DNA from: Podarcis gaigeae
Taxonomy: Eukaryota
Length of the DNA: 64,000 nucleotides
Assembly (NCBI GenBank): GCA_964106915.2
Contig: OZ066918.1
Direction: 5' to 3' (one strand)
The notes beneath the pieces are model-generated. The model saw only the letters and a program-made list of their open reading frames with translations. It ran no database searches and was not told where the DNA came from. How positions within the stretch are numbered: the stretch's first letter is position 1; every line of letters begins with the position of its first letter. The position numbers were made by a program, and so were the translations under genes. Positions 39,846 to 53,270 of the stretch are shown here, one piece after another.

Positions 39846-39990
39846 AGAAGAAGAGTTTGGATTTGATATCCCACTAATTTATCACTACCCTGAGGAGTCT
39901 GAAAGTGGCTAACATTCTCCTTTCCCTTCCTCCCCCACAACAAACACTCTCTGAGGTGAGGGAGGCTAAGAGAAGTGTGACTAGCCCAAT
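39846..39990 (-). mobile_element. Squam3 SINE 3' half
   Basis: Reverse complement of the 3' half of 25197-25452. Confidence 0.8.
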
Positions 39991-42900
39991 CCTTGAATTC
40001 TGACAATGCTTATTTTTTGCCTGGATAGAGGGCAAAGGGGACATGTGAGCACGTACAGAAACAAGCCTACTGAACCAGGTGGGAAATTAACATTTGTTGC
40101 TCCGCCCTTTTTGCTTCTGGCCATGCCCACCACTGAAGGTTGTGTAGAAGGGAATGTCGCACTTGAGCAGAAAAATGTTCCTCAGCCCAGCTGCCAGTCA
40201 GTATAATGAATACTAAGATAGATGGATTGGTGGTCTGACTTGGTCCAAGGCAGCTTCCTTTGTCCCTCTAATTTAGCGTTCACGCAAAACTGGGGCTTTG
40301 GGAAGTGCTCATGCCACATTCAATCCAAGTGTGCCTTTTCCCACTCCATAGCGAAAGCCAGCTCAGCACATTTGCAGCAAAAAACGACCCAGGTATCACA
40401 AAAGCCATTTTCCTCCTTTCACCCGCCACTCGAAAACCTGGAGCAGTTTTGAAAATGCATCCCATTAAAAACACTGAAAGTGTAAGATATAAGTCAGACA
40501 CTTAAATGCTTTGTTTAAAGATGGACAGTTCACCTGAAGTGTGATGTAACTGACCCAGATTTCAGCTTGATGGGATCCACAATTACCATGTGAATTGGGA
40601 AGGGATAGGGGACCTGCTCTAATTTCCCTTTGGTGTTACATCTTTCTTCACTCATTGTCTATAATAGAAGGTTTATTGTTTAGGAAGACAAATGGCATGT
40701 GAGCAGCAGCTATGGCAGGAAACATATTTGATCCTGTTTTAGACTAACCCTACACTGGTGGCAGCAACAGCTGCTGCCCAACACTCCTCTGTTTGTAAAA
40801 CTCCAAAGCGGATCAATTGACTTTTTAAAATAAATAAAAAATTGCGCTATTTGCCAGAGTCTCAGAATTACAGCAGCTCTGTTGACATGAGTTCTGCCAA
40901 TAAATCCCACTGGCCCTGGTTCAGTGGTAGAGCTAGGCCCATGGATGCTCCAGCTTCTGTCCAGATGTGCAAAGAGCTAGGAGGGAGGCACAGAAGGATA
41001 GGGGGCAGACAAAAGAAAGCCCTCATTCAGTCAGTGCGTAGTTAAACTATGGAATTCTGAAGACTTCTGAATTTGATCTTGGATAGCCTAGCGGCTGGTA
41101 CAACGGGAGAAGACCTATGAAAACAGGTGAGGCCAATAACATTTCATAAATCAAACTAAGGACTGGTTGCATCCAGTGAAACTGTCCTGTTTGCTCAAGG
41201 ACCTCCACTTATACAACAAAACTTCCTCTCCCTCTCTGATCCCCATGTACTCCACACACAGCCAAAATCCAGTTCCAGAGGGTTGGGGAAAACCCCAGAA
41301 TAGATTTGGGGTTCACACAGGGAAAGTACGGGGGGAAAGAAGTTCTGCTGCACAAGCAAAAATCCTTGTGCGAATGGGATGGTTTTGTTGAATACAACCC
41401 ATGTGGCCCAAAAATATCTCATCGCTTTTTCTCCTTCCAGAATTTTTTTAGAACTCTATGTGGTAGATTGATAGATGTAGTTATCCTCGGCTAATTGACC
41501 AAATATTTCAACAGAAACACTCTCTGGAGCATTGTCTATCACTGAGAAATGGAAGTGTCAGAGGGCAGATGTTAAAGGTGAAACATCTGCATCCAATGGA
41601 TCTTTTACAATAATTTCAATTCCCTGCTAGACAAGGAGAGTAAAATAGCTTTGAAACCCCTTAGAGCCACTCTCCTATTTCTTCATATTGGGCCCTTTCA
41701 ATATATAGGGCAGGTTGCTTTTGCTTTACCACCAAACCAGCCACATCCTTCACTTTGATGGCGAATAAATAGGCACTTGGCTTAATATGACAGCATTTCT
41801 CCTGTGAACTCCCTAGTAGTACTCCCACATCAGTTGAACTCTCCAGGGTCTGACATTCTCTCAAAAAAATGCTCTGTTGGCCATTTTTCATCTTGGCATA
41901 TTACCACTCCAAGCCCAATCCACCGGTTTCTAGCTTGTGAAGTGATATGTGCTTTATAATTGGGCGTGTATGTAGGTCACCGCTAACTCTTTGGACACAG
42001 AAAAATGTTGCTCACACAAGAAAGGAGCCAGCTTCCCCCACCCCAGGTGGACCACCTGGCTGGGTTCAACAGGTATTGCTTCTGAGACTGGCATCTGCAA
42101 GACTTTAAAAACCTCGAAAGTATGCATAGGTTAGTTGCCTGGAGGAACTATGAACAACAGCCTGTCTAACCGATGGTTTCAATAGTGCCAAATAAAGCAT
42201 TATGAATAGGGGAGGGGAAATGGTTGCTCAGCTGCTGTAAAAAAAATCTATTTTAAAAAATAGCTTTCCTCCATTTTGCGTAGATCCGATGTGAGGAACG
42301 TTTGTTCCTCCAGATGTTGCTAGCCTGAAACATCCGCCATCCCTGGTGATTGGCCCATGCCTGCTGGGGCTGATGGGAACTGTAGTTTAGTGACATCTGA
42401 TCACCTAAGGTTTTTCACATCTGGTGCTGATGCTATGTGAAGATGTGGGTATTCTTTTCTTAGTAGCACTTCTTTTCGTAAGCAGATTATTTTTTCCCAA
42501 GGGGGAGGAATGTCAGGATCTCACTAGCATGAAACAAAAATTGCCTGCTGCAGTAGACATGAAGATATCCAATAGTTCTGGAAATCTGAACTCTTGTTCT
42601 GTTGCCCTCTTGTTCTGTTGCAGGGTCCACTTCTTACTCTTTCTTGCAAACAGTGATATTTCAGGAACCTAGCCAAATGGGAGCCCATCTTTTAAGACAA
42701 CAGGTAATGACTGGCAACTTTCCTGCCCAGACTCTGAAGCTGTAAAAGTCCTCTTAACTAGCAGGAATGTGTTTCCACTACCTCCCAGCAACAGACAATG
42801 CTTTAGAGTTCATGCAGGGATTTCTTGTCAATAAATTGGATCTTGGGGCTTTAGTGTCCTCATTCCAGATGAGTGGGGAGGGATGGGGAAACAGTGTCAG

Positions 42901-44243
42901 TTATACAAATGGTGAAGACTGGAGATAATAGCAGAGATTCCGGCTGGTTGGCTGGGAGACACAATGCAAGGGAGCAATCTGAACAAGCCCGGGGAGATAG
43001 CAAGTCAGGAGAAAGGATAGTCATTTCTCATCCAGAGCCCTTTTACAAATGATGTCCTCTTGACTTTCTCCCTTCCCACCCATGATTATCAGAAAGCTTT
43101 CCAGGCTGCATTTGTGAGAGTGTCAAACTTCAAGGATATTCCAGAGAAACCTACAGCACCTCCTGGGCTTAAGTCATGACCAAAATGAGGGCAAAATTCA
43201 GGGCCAACCCAAGATGTTTTGCTTCTTGAGGTGGAGCAGCAAATGACATCCCATCCCACCTCAAGTCAAGGTGTATAGCCATAGTACCCAGGGCCACTCA
43301 CATTATTATCCTGGGTGAGACAGCATCTTCCAGCTTTAGTGGACAGGGGCCACTAGGAGCTGTCGAGGATCCTAATCTGCTTAAAGAGCCTTAGCTAATT
43401 CTGTGTGTTGCCTTCTCCTGGGAGCCCCGCAGAACAGAATAAGAGCTGGAGCATCTCCGTTATATTCTGTCCAACCTTTGCCTGAAGACCTCCAGTGAGG
43501 GAGACCACACCAGCCCTCTAGGGCACCACCTCCACTGCTGAATTTCTCTTACCATTGAGAAGTCCCTCCTAATATTCAGCCAGACTCTACCTCCCTATAA
43601 CTTAAGCCCATTGGGTTGACTCCTGCCCATCACACAGCAGAGAACATTATTTTCACCCTCGCCGACAGACAGCCTGTCAGGTGTTCACAGCGTACTGCCA
43701 CTCTAGGACACTCTGTAGAAAGCATGGGAAGCCAACTGTAGAGACTTACCCAGCCCATGACAGACCCTTTGAGGCACAGGGATCAGTGGAGGCTGGAGTA
43801 GCCCACATATCTCAGTGGTGGAAATTGGAAGCATTAAAAAAGATCCCAATTCCCAGAATTAAAGCAGTCTGTGTGTGCCCACAAAGAGGCCATGAAATGC
43901 AGAGCAATCAAGGCTGGATCGTGAGTTGGGAGTTTTGCCACGGGAAGGTAAATCTGTGAAGGAGGCCCATCGACCATCACGTGTGACTAACCTATACATG
44001 TGTGATTTGCTGCAAGTATGCATGGTTCCTGTGCCGCCTCCTAGCAATCTGCAGATGATTATCACCCATGCAGGTTTCAGGTGTAATTTACTTTCTGCAT
44101 CAGGGAAATTGAAACAGGAAGTGTCCCCCAGTGACAAAATACATTGAAATGAAAGGTCTGGGGAAGAAAATGGAGCAATGTTTTGTGGAGAAAGACACAA
44201 ATGTTTCTCATGGGGTCAGTGTTAGTCCTTTGGCACTTTGCAG

Positions 44244-44410
44244 CAGTGGCGTAGCGTGGGTTGTCAGCACCCAGGGCAAGGCAAGTAATTTGTGCCCCCT
44301 AACCCGTGGATTTTAGTAGGGGCAGAGAGCTGCGAGTGCGAGCGAGCGCCCCCCCAGATGTTGCGCCTGGTGCGGCCGGCCCCCCCTGCACCCCCCATGC
44401 TACGCCACTG
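44244..44410. mobile_element. GC-rich hAT MITE
   Basis: Perfect TIR CAGTGGCGTAGC / GCTACGCCACTG. 8-bp TSD CTTTGCAG / TTTTGCAG. Confidence 0.9.
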
Positions 44411-46073
44411 TTTTGCAGAGCCAAGGGATGCTACTATATGGAAGGCAAATGTTATGATATGCAATTAATAATCCTGTTGAAAGTATGGAACCTGAGGCCT
44501 GCACTTGCTGTCCAACTCACACTTACTTTTTGAATTTCGCACTAAAAATGCCCAAGTTTAAATAGCAACACTCATGGGCACGCAGGGTGCATATGACCTC
44601 TGCAGTGATCAGATTCTCCTTTCCTGATAGCTGCTTGTTTTCTTTACTAAAGAGAAGGCCAGTTATTTAAAAACACCATCCATAATCAAAGGCGGATTTT
44701 ACTGAGACAGGCTGGTAACACTGAGACATTCACGCTGGCAAAGCTGGCAAGGAAATCACGACATAAGGCACAACTAGTTCAGCTTCCAACACCAGGATTT
44801 GACATGCTGAGGATGGAAACAATACTTATTAGATGGATATACATGGAGAATTTGGAAAGAAGCCTCTGTTCATTGGCGCTTCTTTGGTGCACAATGGTTA
44901 ACTTTTTTAGATAGTGGGAAATTATGCAAGGAAAGTGTCCTGTGCTGCTTAAACAAATGCTGATTTTGAGGGAGGAAGATGCTACAGTACCATCTCAAAG
45001 ACTTCCTGGCTTTTGTTTTATCTCATATAGAAAACCCTTTCTGTTAATTAACATACAACTGCCAGGCCTGCTGTATCTTCGAGAATTTTCTGCCGAACTT
45101 CTCTCATTATCCCAGATCACGTTGCATGATGCTAGCACAGAACAGCTGGGCCACTTGTTCCCTGCCACTCCTGAATTTAAAAGATGGGTTTCTTTCCTGA
45201 AGCTTTTCGAAAAGGACCTTCATCTTGTTTTTCTGCCTCTTGTTGTTTGGGTGTGATCCGAAGCAGAACATGGACCAGAGCGAAGCAGACAGCGCTTCCA
45301 GCTCTCCCATCCTTCTTGACATTGTAAACCTGTCTTGTAAAAGTAAAATTAAAGGCCTGAGTGCTGGCCCTGGAACTCTTGCTCTCTGGACATGTTTTAG
45401 CTACGAACAGCTCCAGCTCACAATGGCAGGGATTGCAGAAAGGAGAGGGGGGATAGCCAGCACTAAATTCCTTTATATAAATCTGTTGGTGGCATTTTAT
45501 CATTTCCTGACAGTCTTCTATAAAAACCACTCAGCTACATTTACAAATTAAAAAATTAGTTTTATGAGAAAGATCCAGCTAATGGTGTAACTAAATCTAG
45601 CGAGCAGAAAGATTAGATACTTCTTCCTTTCCACTGCAAGAAATTTATTAGGTAGCATCTTACCGGGGGGTTGGGGGGGGGGAGGCAGAGAAACAAAGAA
45701 GTCGAGTTGAGTGGCACTTCTCAAGGGTCAGCAATGCACCAACCAGAGACCTCTTTGCAGTGATGAAGCATGATTGGATGGGTTAGGGATGTACTTACAC
45801 TTTATAGATCGCAAATATACTGCCTATAAATAAATGAGTGCCGAACTGGAGAAGGAGTTTAAGTACATGGAGCAATGGGCTGAATGCTGCGAGAAGAGAC
45901 AGAAGGAATGAGCAAAGGGCTGGGGAGATTTAGGGGGAGTACATACAGGCACACTCTCAGATCCTGATTTTTTTGGGGGGGCAGCAGGGGGCATGGACAA
46001 GATGCACTGAGGTCAGCTCCCCCTTCTTCAAGGAAATAAGGTCAGGGACTCAGAGTTAGAAGGGAAACTAAAG

Positions 46074-46242
46074 TAATTCTAGGCTGCATCAACAGAAATC
46101 ATAGTGTTCAGATCCAGGGAATTAATAGTACCACTTTATTCTGCCTTGGCCAGACCACAACTGGACCACTGCGTCTGGTTCAGGGCACCATGTTTTAAGA
46201 AGGATATGGACAAGGTGAAACGTGTGCACAGGAAGGCGACCA
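46074..46242 (+). mobile_element. CR1 LINE ORF2 fragment
   Basis: ILGCINR../FRSRELIVPLYSALARPQLDHCVWFRAPCFKKDMDKVKRVHRKAT matches the CR1 post-RT motif. Confidence 0.9.
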
Positions 46243-46582
46243 GCAACAGACCGCCATATTATTGTTTAACATTGCCTTCAGCGCTTCTGGCCACCAAAAC
46301 ACTTTATTCTGTGGACTGCTATTTTGGCTATGTACTTAAAGAAACTGCTTTATTTTAACCCAAGTTGGGACTCGGTGGTTTTTGGCCAATTTCTCCTGAA
46401 GCAATTAAAGGGAGCAGAGCCACAGTGCAATATACCACGAGGCATGCAACGAGCTACAAACTGAAGATCTCCGGTATTGTGCCTCTGTGGCCACATGTGG
46501 AACTCAGGAGTTGATGTAATACATAAACAGATTCATGCAGACTACAGAGCCAACTTGGATTTCAGAGCAAACTTCCCCCTAT

Positions 46583-46591
46583 TTATCTATC

Positions 46592-46634
<43 letters not shown>

Positions 46635-46661
46635 ATCTATCATCTATCTATCATCTATCTA
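46583..46661. repeat. (ATCT)n/(GATA)n microsatellite at the tail of an old L2
   Basis: Direct observation. Confidence 0.9.
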
Positions 46662-46890
46662 TTTCACAAGATTTATATACCACTTGATTGTAAACCTCGA
46701 AGCAGTTTGCAAAAAGAAGAAAACAATAAAATTATCAGTCATAATAGCTAAAAGTAGCTATTTAAAACTTTTTTTAAAAAAATATCAACAATAATCTAAA
46801 AACCAGATGACAACACATCTCAAGATTTTATGCATCTAGATAGGCTTGCCTAAACAAAGATGTTTTTTAGCAAGTGCTGGAAGGGAAATA

Positions 46891-47104
46891 CAGTGGTACC
46901 TCGGGTTGAGAACTTAATTCATTCTGGAGGTCCGTTCTTAACCTGAGGCACCACTTTAGCTAATGGGGCCTCCCGCTGCCACCACATGATTTCTGTTCTC
47001 ATCCTGAAGCAAATTTCTTAACCCGAGGTACTATTTCTGGATTAGCAGAGTCTGTAACCTGAAGCATCTGTAACCTGAAGCATCTGTAACCCGAAGTACC
47101 ACTG
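46891..47104. mobile_element. Tc1/mariner MITE (CAGTGGTACCTC family)
   Basis: TIRs and TA flanks. Homologous to 19923-20148. Confidence 0.9.
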
Positions 47105-48798
47105 TACAGTGAAGGCACCTGCATGGTGTCAATAGGCAGGGAATTACAATGTTTGTATTTATTATGAGCAGAAAACAAGTATTACATGGCATGTTCTCTG
47201 CCACTTTGCAGAGAAAAATATCTTCTCCTGCCTCTCAAGCAACTGCAGTGTCTAAGGGCGACCTAAAGCAGCCCCTCCCCCTCCCATTGTCAGATTTTAT
47301 TACAAAGCAGAATGTCGTCCAGATTGTGGCAGAGAACCAAAAATGTCAGAGGGGCTCTTAGAAAGGGTGCTTTGGAAAAGCAGCTGAAGCAGCAATGGCT
47401 CACACTGAGCAACATCTTGTTTGGGGGATCATCCAACACGAGCCTGCAAACATCTGCACGAAAACAACAATGCCTATGTTTATTTCTTCGCTTATTCCCT
47501 GAAAGTTTAGTCTTTCCATTTGCGGTCTTTAAAGATTACTCTGGGATGGAGAGAGAGAAAAATAATACAGCGTAATGAATCAAGGCCTTAAGAGGCAGAT
47601 AAGCAGCGGGCGGCTGGTTGGAGGAGAGCGCGTCTCCTGATTTAATTAAAGTCTTAAAAGATACTCCAAGAAACAAAATCCATTCAAGCCATCAATGTGA
47701 TAAAAAGACTGCGAGTTTCCATCTACTCACCTGCCTGCCTCATGAATCTCCTTGCTAAGAAAAGTAAAGCAAAGATGTGGTCTTCTTTCATTTAATTCTT
47801 CAAACCAGCAATTTTCTTGCAAGCACTACAGTTTTACTGCTCCCTGGAAACACTAATGGGAGCTACGCCTGAGCAGTGAGAGGAGGAAAATGCTTCAAAG
47901 CAATGCCAAGGCCAAGGTGCATCAAAGCCCTGAGAGGTAATTGAAGACATGCTATTCGTCGGAGGACAGGCATGTGTTCTGATCTAAAGCTTCAGAGACG
48001 GGGGAGATTACTGAAGGCAGTGGCACTCTGCCAGCCAAGTTCACTCTGGCGTAACTGAGAACAGATATACACACTATGCAGCTCACACAACTTTGAACGT
48101 GAGCTTGAGGCTGATGCCTCTGGACTAAATCCCTCCTAACCATCTATTTGGCTGGATGTCTGGAGTATGTCAGAAGTCTGTTCTGCAGGCCCCAAATAGG
48201 CAGGTTCTTCCAGCTTTCATGCAAGGGTGGTTTTGTTCAAATGATTAGATAACACGAGCAAAAAAAAGGACGGGTGGGAATAGGGAACCTGGATTTTCTT
48301 TTTCCCCATCTCTTGCAATGCCAGAAGGCAACAGATATCATGGCACAGATAAAGTGTCATCCTAGAGACACTTGTTTGCATTCAAGTCTATGAGACGGAC
48401 CACTCTTTCTTGGCCAGCCTACACCACATTGTTCAATAGTAACAGTGCACTCCCAACCATGCCTACTCAGATGTTAAGCCCTGCTGAATTCATTAGGGCT
48501 GATGTATGTGCATGGTTAGGATTGGGCTGAAAATCCATCTTATCTGGTGATCCAAGATTTCTGCATGCCTTGCTGATCACAGGATCAACATGATAATATC
48601 TCAATAAAAGCCAGCTCCTGGGCTCTTTGTCACATGCTGTCATGACCAAGAAACTGAATCTAGAGTGGATCCATCCATGTGAGATGTCTGGACACTGCTA
48701 CACAGAGGTTTGCTTGGTTCCTGGTGGCTCCCACTCAAGGGCAAGGGCCAAGAGCCATTTCTCAGTGGTAGCTTGCCTGCAGAAGGTCCCAGGTTCTA

Positions 48799-49024
48799 CG
48801 GTGGTACCTCAGGTTACAGACACTTCAGGTTACAGACTCCGCTAACCCAGAAATAGTACCTCGGGTTAAGAACTTTGCTTCAGGATGAGAACAGAAATTG
48901 TGCTCCGGTGGTGCGGCAGCAGCAGAAGGCCCCATTAGCTAAAGTGGTGCTTCAGGTTAAGAACAGTTTCAGGTTAAGAATGGACCTCCAGAACAAATTA
49001 GGTTTTTTACCTGAGGTACCACTG
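48799..49024. mobile_element. Tc1/mariner MITE (CAGTGGTACCTC family) inserted in a tRNA-derived SINE
   Basis: TIRs and TA flanks. The host SINE head (CTCAGTGGTAG..AGAAGGTCCCAGGTTC) and tail (GGTCTGACTC..TTCCTATG) lie either side, about 48750-49152. Confidence 0.9.
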
Positions 49025-50339
49025 TATCCCTAATATCTGCAAATGGGCCTGGGAGAAAACACCACATAAAATCCTGTGAGGGCTACTGCCAGTCAATATA
49101 GGAAATACTAAATTGGCCAATGGTCTGACTCTGTATAGGGCACCTTCCTATGAATTCTAAATGAGAAGGTGAAGAATGGAGCAAAATTTGCCTAGCACAT
49201 TAGACACTCTGCCAAGAATCCCCCGATATAGGCATCCATGTATCATTCAGCCTCAGATATTATACCAGTAGGCATGTATCTGAGTGTGCTAATCTGATGA
49301 ATGAAGCCAATGGGATAAATGGGGTTCTAAAATTATCCTGCGGATCACAATAGGAACAGTCAAATAAGTCACTGCTTGGCAGGATATGCAGAGGGATTCA
49401 TATCACTGATCGTTGTGATGTAAAATTAAACTGCAAAAAATAAATAAATCACAAGGTATCTTGCGACCAATTAATTCATAAATAGATGGGTAAATTATTC
49501 AGTGTGAATTTTTCACTCAGATTTGTTCACTCTATTTACTTTTTTCACGCTTGGTGAAGACTAAACTGTGGATCATAGTTAAATGTTGTTGCTTTTTTAC
49601 CTTTACCTGTGTTTCTCTTTGTTGTGCTACGCAATACGATGCATGTTTAATCAGAAGGAAATTAAGTTCCCAATTGCAGAGCAGTAAGACCATTCAGCTA
49701 AAGGCTTATTTCTGAAAAGGCATGTATAGGATTTCCCTGTTAAGTATGCAGACGTGTGACCCAATCCCATGCATTTTTTCACAGATGTGAATTTCATTTC
49801 ACAATTAGAATCGCTTGATGGCTTCATGCCCACTGTCTCCCTTTTCTTCACCCAAATCCAGAAGTGCTCCTTTCAGTCGAGTGCATATTTCCCCCTCTCT
49901 CTTTTAAAGTTTCGCTGAGAAATAAAACCAGTAAGAATGGAGGCTCCTCAGGAACTGACGTAGTCAATTTCCACACGCTGCATAGAGGTTGAGGAAGAAA
50001 CTGGAATCAGGAGTTTGGAAATTTTCCAGTACATTTTTTTAACTTTCCTCATTTATTCCCTGAGTCAAACCACCCATTGGCAAAGTCAATGCTCAAGCAT
50101 CCAAGCATGACAGATGTCTGAAGAGTTTCTTTTCTCTCTCCCACCACTTACTCAAGGATTATCTGCAAATAGGAAAATGTAATGTGTAAAACAGCTCTCG
50201 GAATCCATATAGTTTTGGAACCCATCTGCAAAACAATCAATATCGTGAAACCATTTGCAGCCATGCTTTTGAGTGGCAAGTCTGGATAACAAAATGAATC
50301 TAACACGCCATCTTGTCATTGCAATATGGCAGGCTCTGT

Positions 50340-50432
50340 TAGTTAGAAGCAAAATGTCTAAAATTGTTTCATTCCTGCTGGATGCCCGAGTAAGCTGAGT
50401 GATGAGAAAGGTACCACTCATTCTGTTCAGAA
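50340..50432 (-). mobile_element. Possible ancient CR1/L3 endonuclease-domain relic
   Basis: FLNRMSGTFLITQLTRASSRNETILDILLLTNR resembles the CR1 endonuclease motif FL..DNFLTQLV.EPTRG.AILDL.LTN. Confidence 0.45.
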
Positions 50433-50592
50433 ACTATGTGCAATAAAAGCAACGGTTGGGAGCAATCTGATTCTATAGATGCAGTCCATACATCCACCAC
50501 AGACCTTTTCTACAAGCAGCTCTGCCAATTGCTGCCAAATCTCCATCGTAGTTTTACCAGCTGGGGAAAACAGTGTATCTTGGTTTGATCCC

Positions 50593-50608
50593 TGCTGCCA
50601 CCTAGAGG
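50593..50608 (-). promoter_or_regulatory. Candidate CTCF site
   Basis: Minus strand CCTCTAGGTGGCAGCA fits the CCxCYAGRKGGCR core. Confidence 0.5.
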
Positions 50609-51173
50609 TAATAAATATAGAAACCAATCTGCCTTAATTAACAGAACAAATGAGAGAATATTAACAAGATGAGGAGAACTCAGCAGGAAAGACTCAATTG
50701 GTGCTATTTAGTAGTTGGCTCAATATGTTGTTTTCTAGATTGTGAGCCCCTTGGGACAGGGAGCAGCCCTCACTTTCTCTGTAAAGTGCCTTGTATATGC
50801 GTGGTGGTGACAATTGTAATAATTCTTCAGAAAGATCACAACTGTTACCAGTAGGGCTGATATTCTAATAGGTCGATTAATAATGTAGACAAAACATGAT
50901 GTTGATGTTGATATACCCACCTAGACTGTGATGTACTAAGGTCACAGATGCTCACGCAGAATGCAAAGAGGCACTGGGTGGCTCAGAGAGCGGTGAAGGG
51001 ACAGAGAAAGAGTGAGAGAGCTCTTGCAATGATGCAAAGCCCTTTCACCTTTGGCTCTAGCTCCACCCTCCATCAGCTCAGAAGACTTCTCCCATGAGTC
51101 TTAAGGAAAAGGCTCCTCACTCTGGTTTAGTGCTTCTGCACATAGATAGAACAAAACTGCTGTCAGTCTTTGG

Positions 51174-51176
<3 letters not shown>

Positions 51177-51244
<68 letters not shown>
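51177..51244. repeat. Compound (TC)n(CA)n microsatellite
   Basis: Direct observation. Confidence 0.95.
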
Positions 51245-51248
<4 letters not shown>

Positions 51249-51498
51249 CCTCTTCCCACCTTGCCAGGGGGGAGGCTTTAGCAGAGCTTAGTTTTACTTT
51301 GCATGCAACCTGGCTCATCCCTCTGGCATGTGAACCCAGTTTCTAAATAAAACAACTTCAAACCATGGTTTCCGAAGCCGGCTTGTTTCACTCACCAGCA
51401 GAAGCTCTCCAGGGTTTCCGACAATGGAGATCCTGGGTATTGAACCTGCAAAGCAGATGCTCTACCACTTGAGCGATGGCCCTTTATATTACTATCTA

Positions 51499-51502
<4 letters not shown>

Positions 51503-51544
<42 letters not shown>
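51503..51544. repeat. (CA)n microsatellite
   Basis: Direct observation. Confidence 0.95.
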
Positions 51545-51546
<2 letters not shown>

Positions 51547-52956
51547 ATGTCATAAGATGATTCAGTTCAATCTGCAACTATCTAACAGCACCGCTGGAAT
51601 CCAGGGCAAAACATATTCTATTTACTTAAGGTGCACAGCTTTCTATGGGGAGGGGATCAATGCAAGGGGTGGAAGGAAGAGCCTTGCCCTCATTTCTTTG
51701 GCCACTGGCCTCAATTTTGCCGTCAGTTCATTACCCGACCCTTCGCATATTTTTAATGTTCAAATCTTAATTTAAATGAATTTGCGGTGACACACACATA
51801 CATACCTGTATGTGCCTATTTCTTTCTCTTGTCATTTTGGGTGGTAAGGATGCTTATGTGTTGGGGGTTTGGCATGGCACTGCTTTTCAAACGGCATTTT
51901 AAAGTGACTGTCTCATTTTGTTAATCCTGCTTTAAATAGAGCTTGCGTGCAATCCCCCAGGTGGAAAGGTGCATCGAACATTACAATGGATTATGATGTG
52001 GCAAAATGTGGACCGGTGAGATAACTGCCACAGTTAATTTCCTGCCTTCTCTATGTAAACCTCACCTTTGGCCCTTCTGTCTGAGTGTTGACTGTTTCCT
52101 GTGCGTGAGTGTGCTCAAGAGATTAGGATGCTCTTCCCACTGCTGCCCCCCCAAAAAAACACTTTGGGAAAAATGTATATTCCTACCCACCCGACCCCAC
52201 CCCAAAAAAAGCATCTGGTGCATGGAGGTGTGATTTATATAATCAGTTCTGACTTTGAGAAAAACATGTCACATTGCATATTGTTCAGAATTGTGTTCTT
52301 TGTTGGCCAATTCTCCTGTTTGCAAATATTAATAATCAAACACTTCCCATGCTGCTAGCCCTCTCTAAACATCCATTGCTTTTGAGAGACTTCCCCTTTT
52401 GTGGAAGGAATTTGTAATGTGTTAGTTCTCACTGGATACCTGGGAGGAAAAAATAATCCCTAAATAAATTAACCAATGAAAAGTTGCCATTTCTTTCCCC
52501 TCAAGGAACACGCTGGATGAATAAGGTTTGATCAGTTTTACATGCAGCCTGAGATGTTGCAAACATTTTTTCTCTCTCCCCTTCAGATAAATTATTTGAC
52601 AAATCTCAGCATCATTCATCCAGTGTATTCACTGAGTACTATTTGACCTGCTCTGTTTTACATCGGAATTAGACTGCAAGGCTTTCACAACTCCCTGAGA
52701 ATAATTCAGTGAGCCAGCTTCTGTTTTTCTTTCTTGACCCAGTTCTCTCTCTTTTTTTTAAAGCCAATTATAAATCATGAAGCTGCTGCACAACACCTAC
52801 AACTAGTGGACCAGTGATATGAGGAGGCTGGCGTGAATAAGGAGGAACCTCTCTGCCCCCATTCCTCATCTGATGGGAAGGTTCAGCTGACAGAAAGAAA
52901 GATTGGTTCCATTCTACATGTTTGACACAGTCAGTACAGTAGTGGCAAGTTCAGAA

Positions 52957-53270
52957 GTAATAATAATAATAATTTATTATTTAGACCCCGCCCATCTGGC
53001 TGGGGTTCCCCAGCCACTCTAGGCAGCTTCCAACAGAATATTAAAATACAATAGTCCATTAAACATTAAAAGCTTCCCTAAACAGGGCTGCCTTCAGATG
53101 TCTTCTAAAAGTCCGGAAATTGTTTTTCTCTTTGACATCTGGTGGGAGGGCATTCCACAGGGCGGGTGCCACTACCGAGAAGGCCCTCTGCCTGGTTCCC
53201 TGTGACTTGGCTTCTCACAGGGAGGTAATCGCCAGAAGGCCCTGGGAGCTGGACCTCAGTGTCCAGGCAG
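52957..53270 (-). mobile_element. L2 LINE 3' end
   Basis: Homologous to 13327-13756. (TTA)n tail. Confidence 0.9.
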
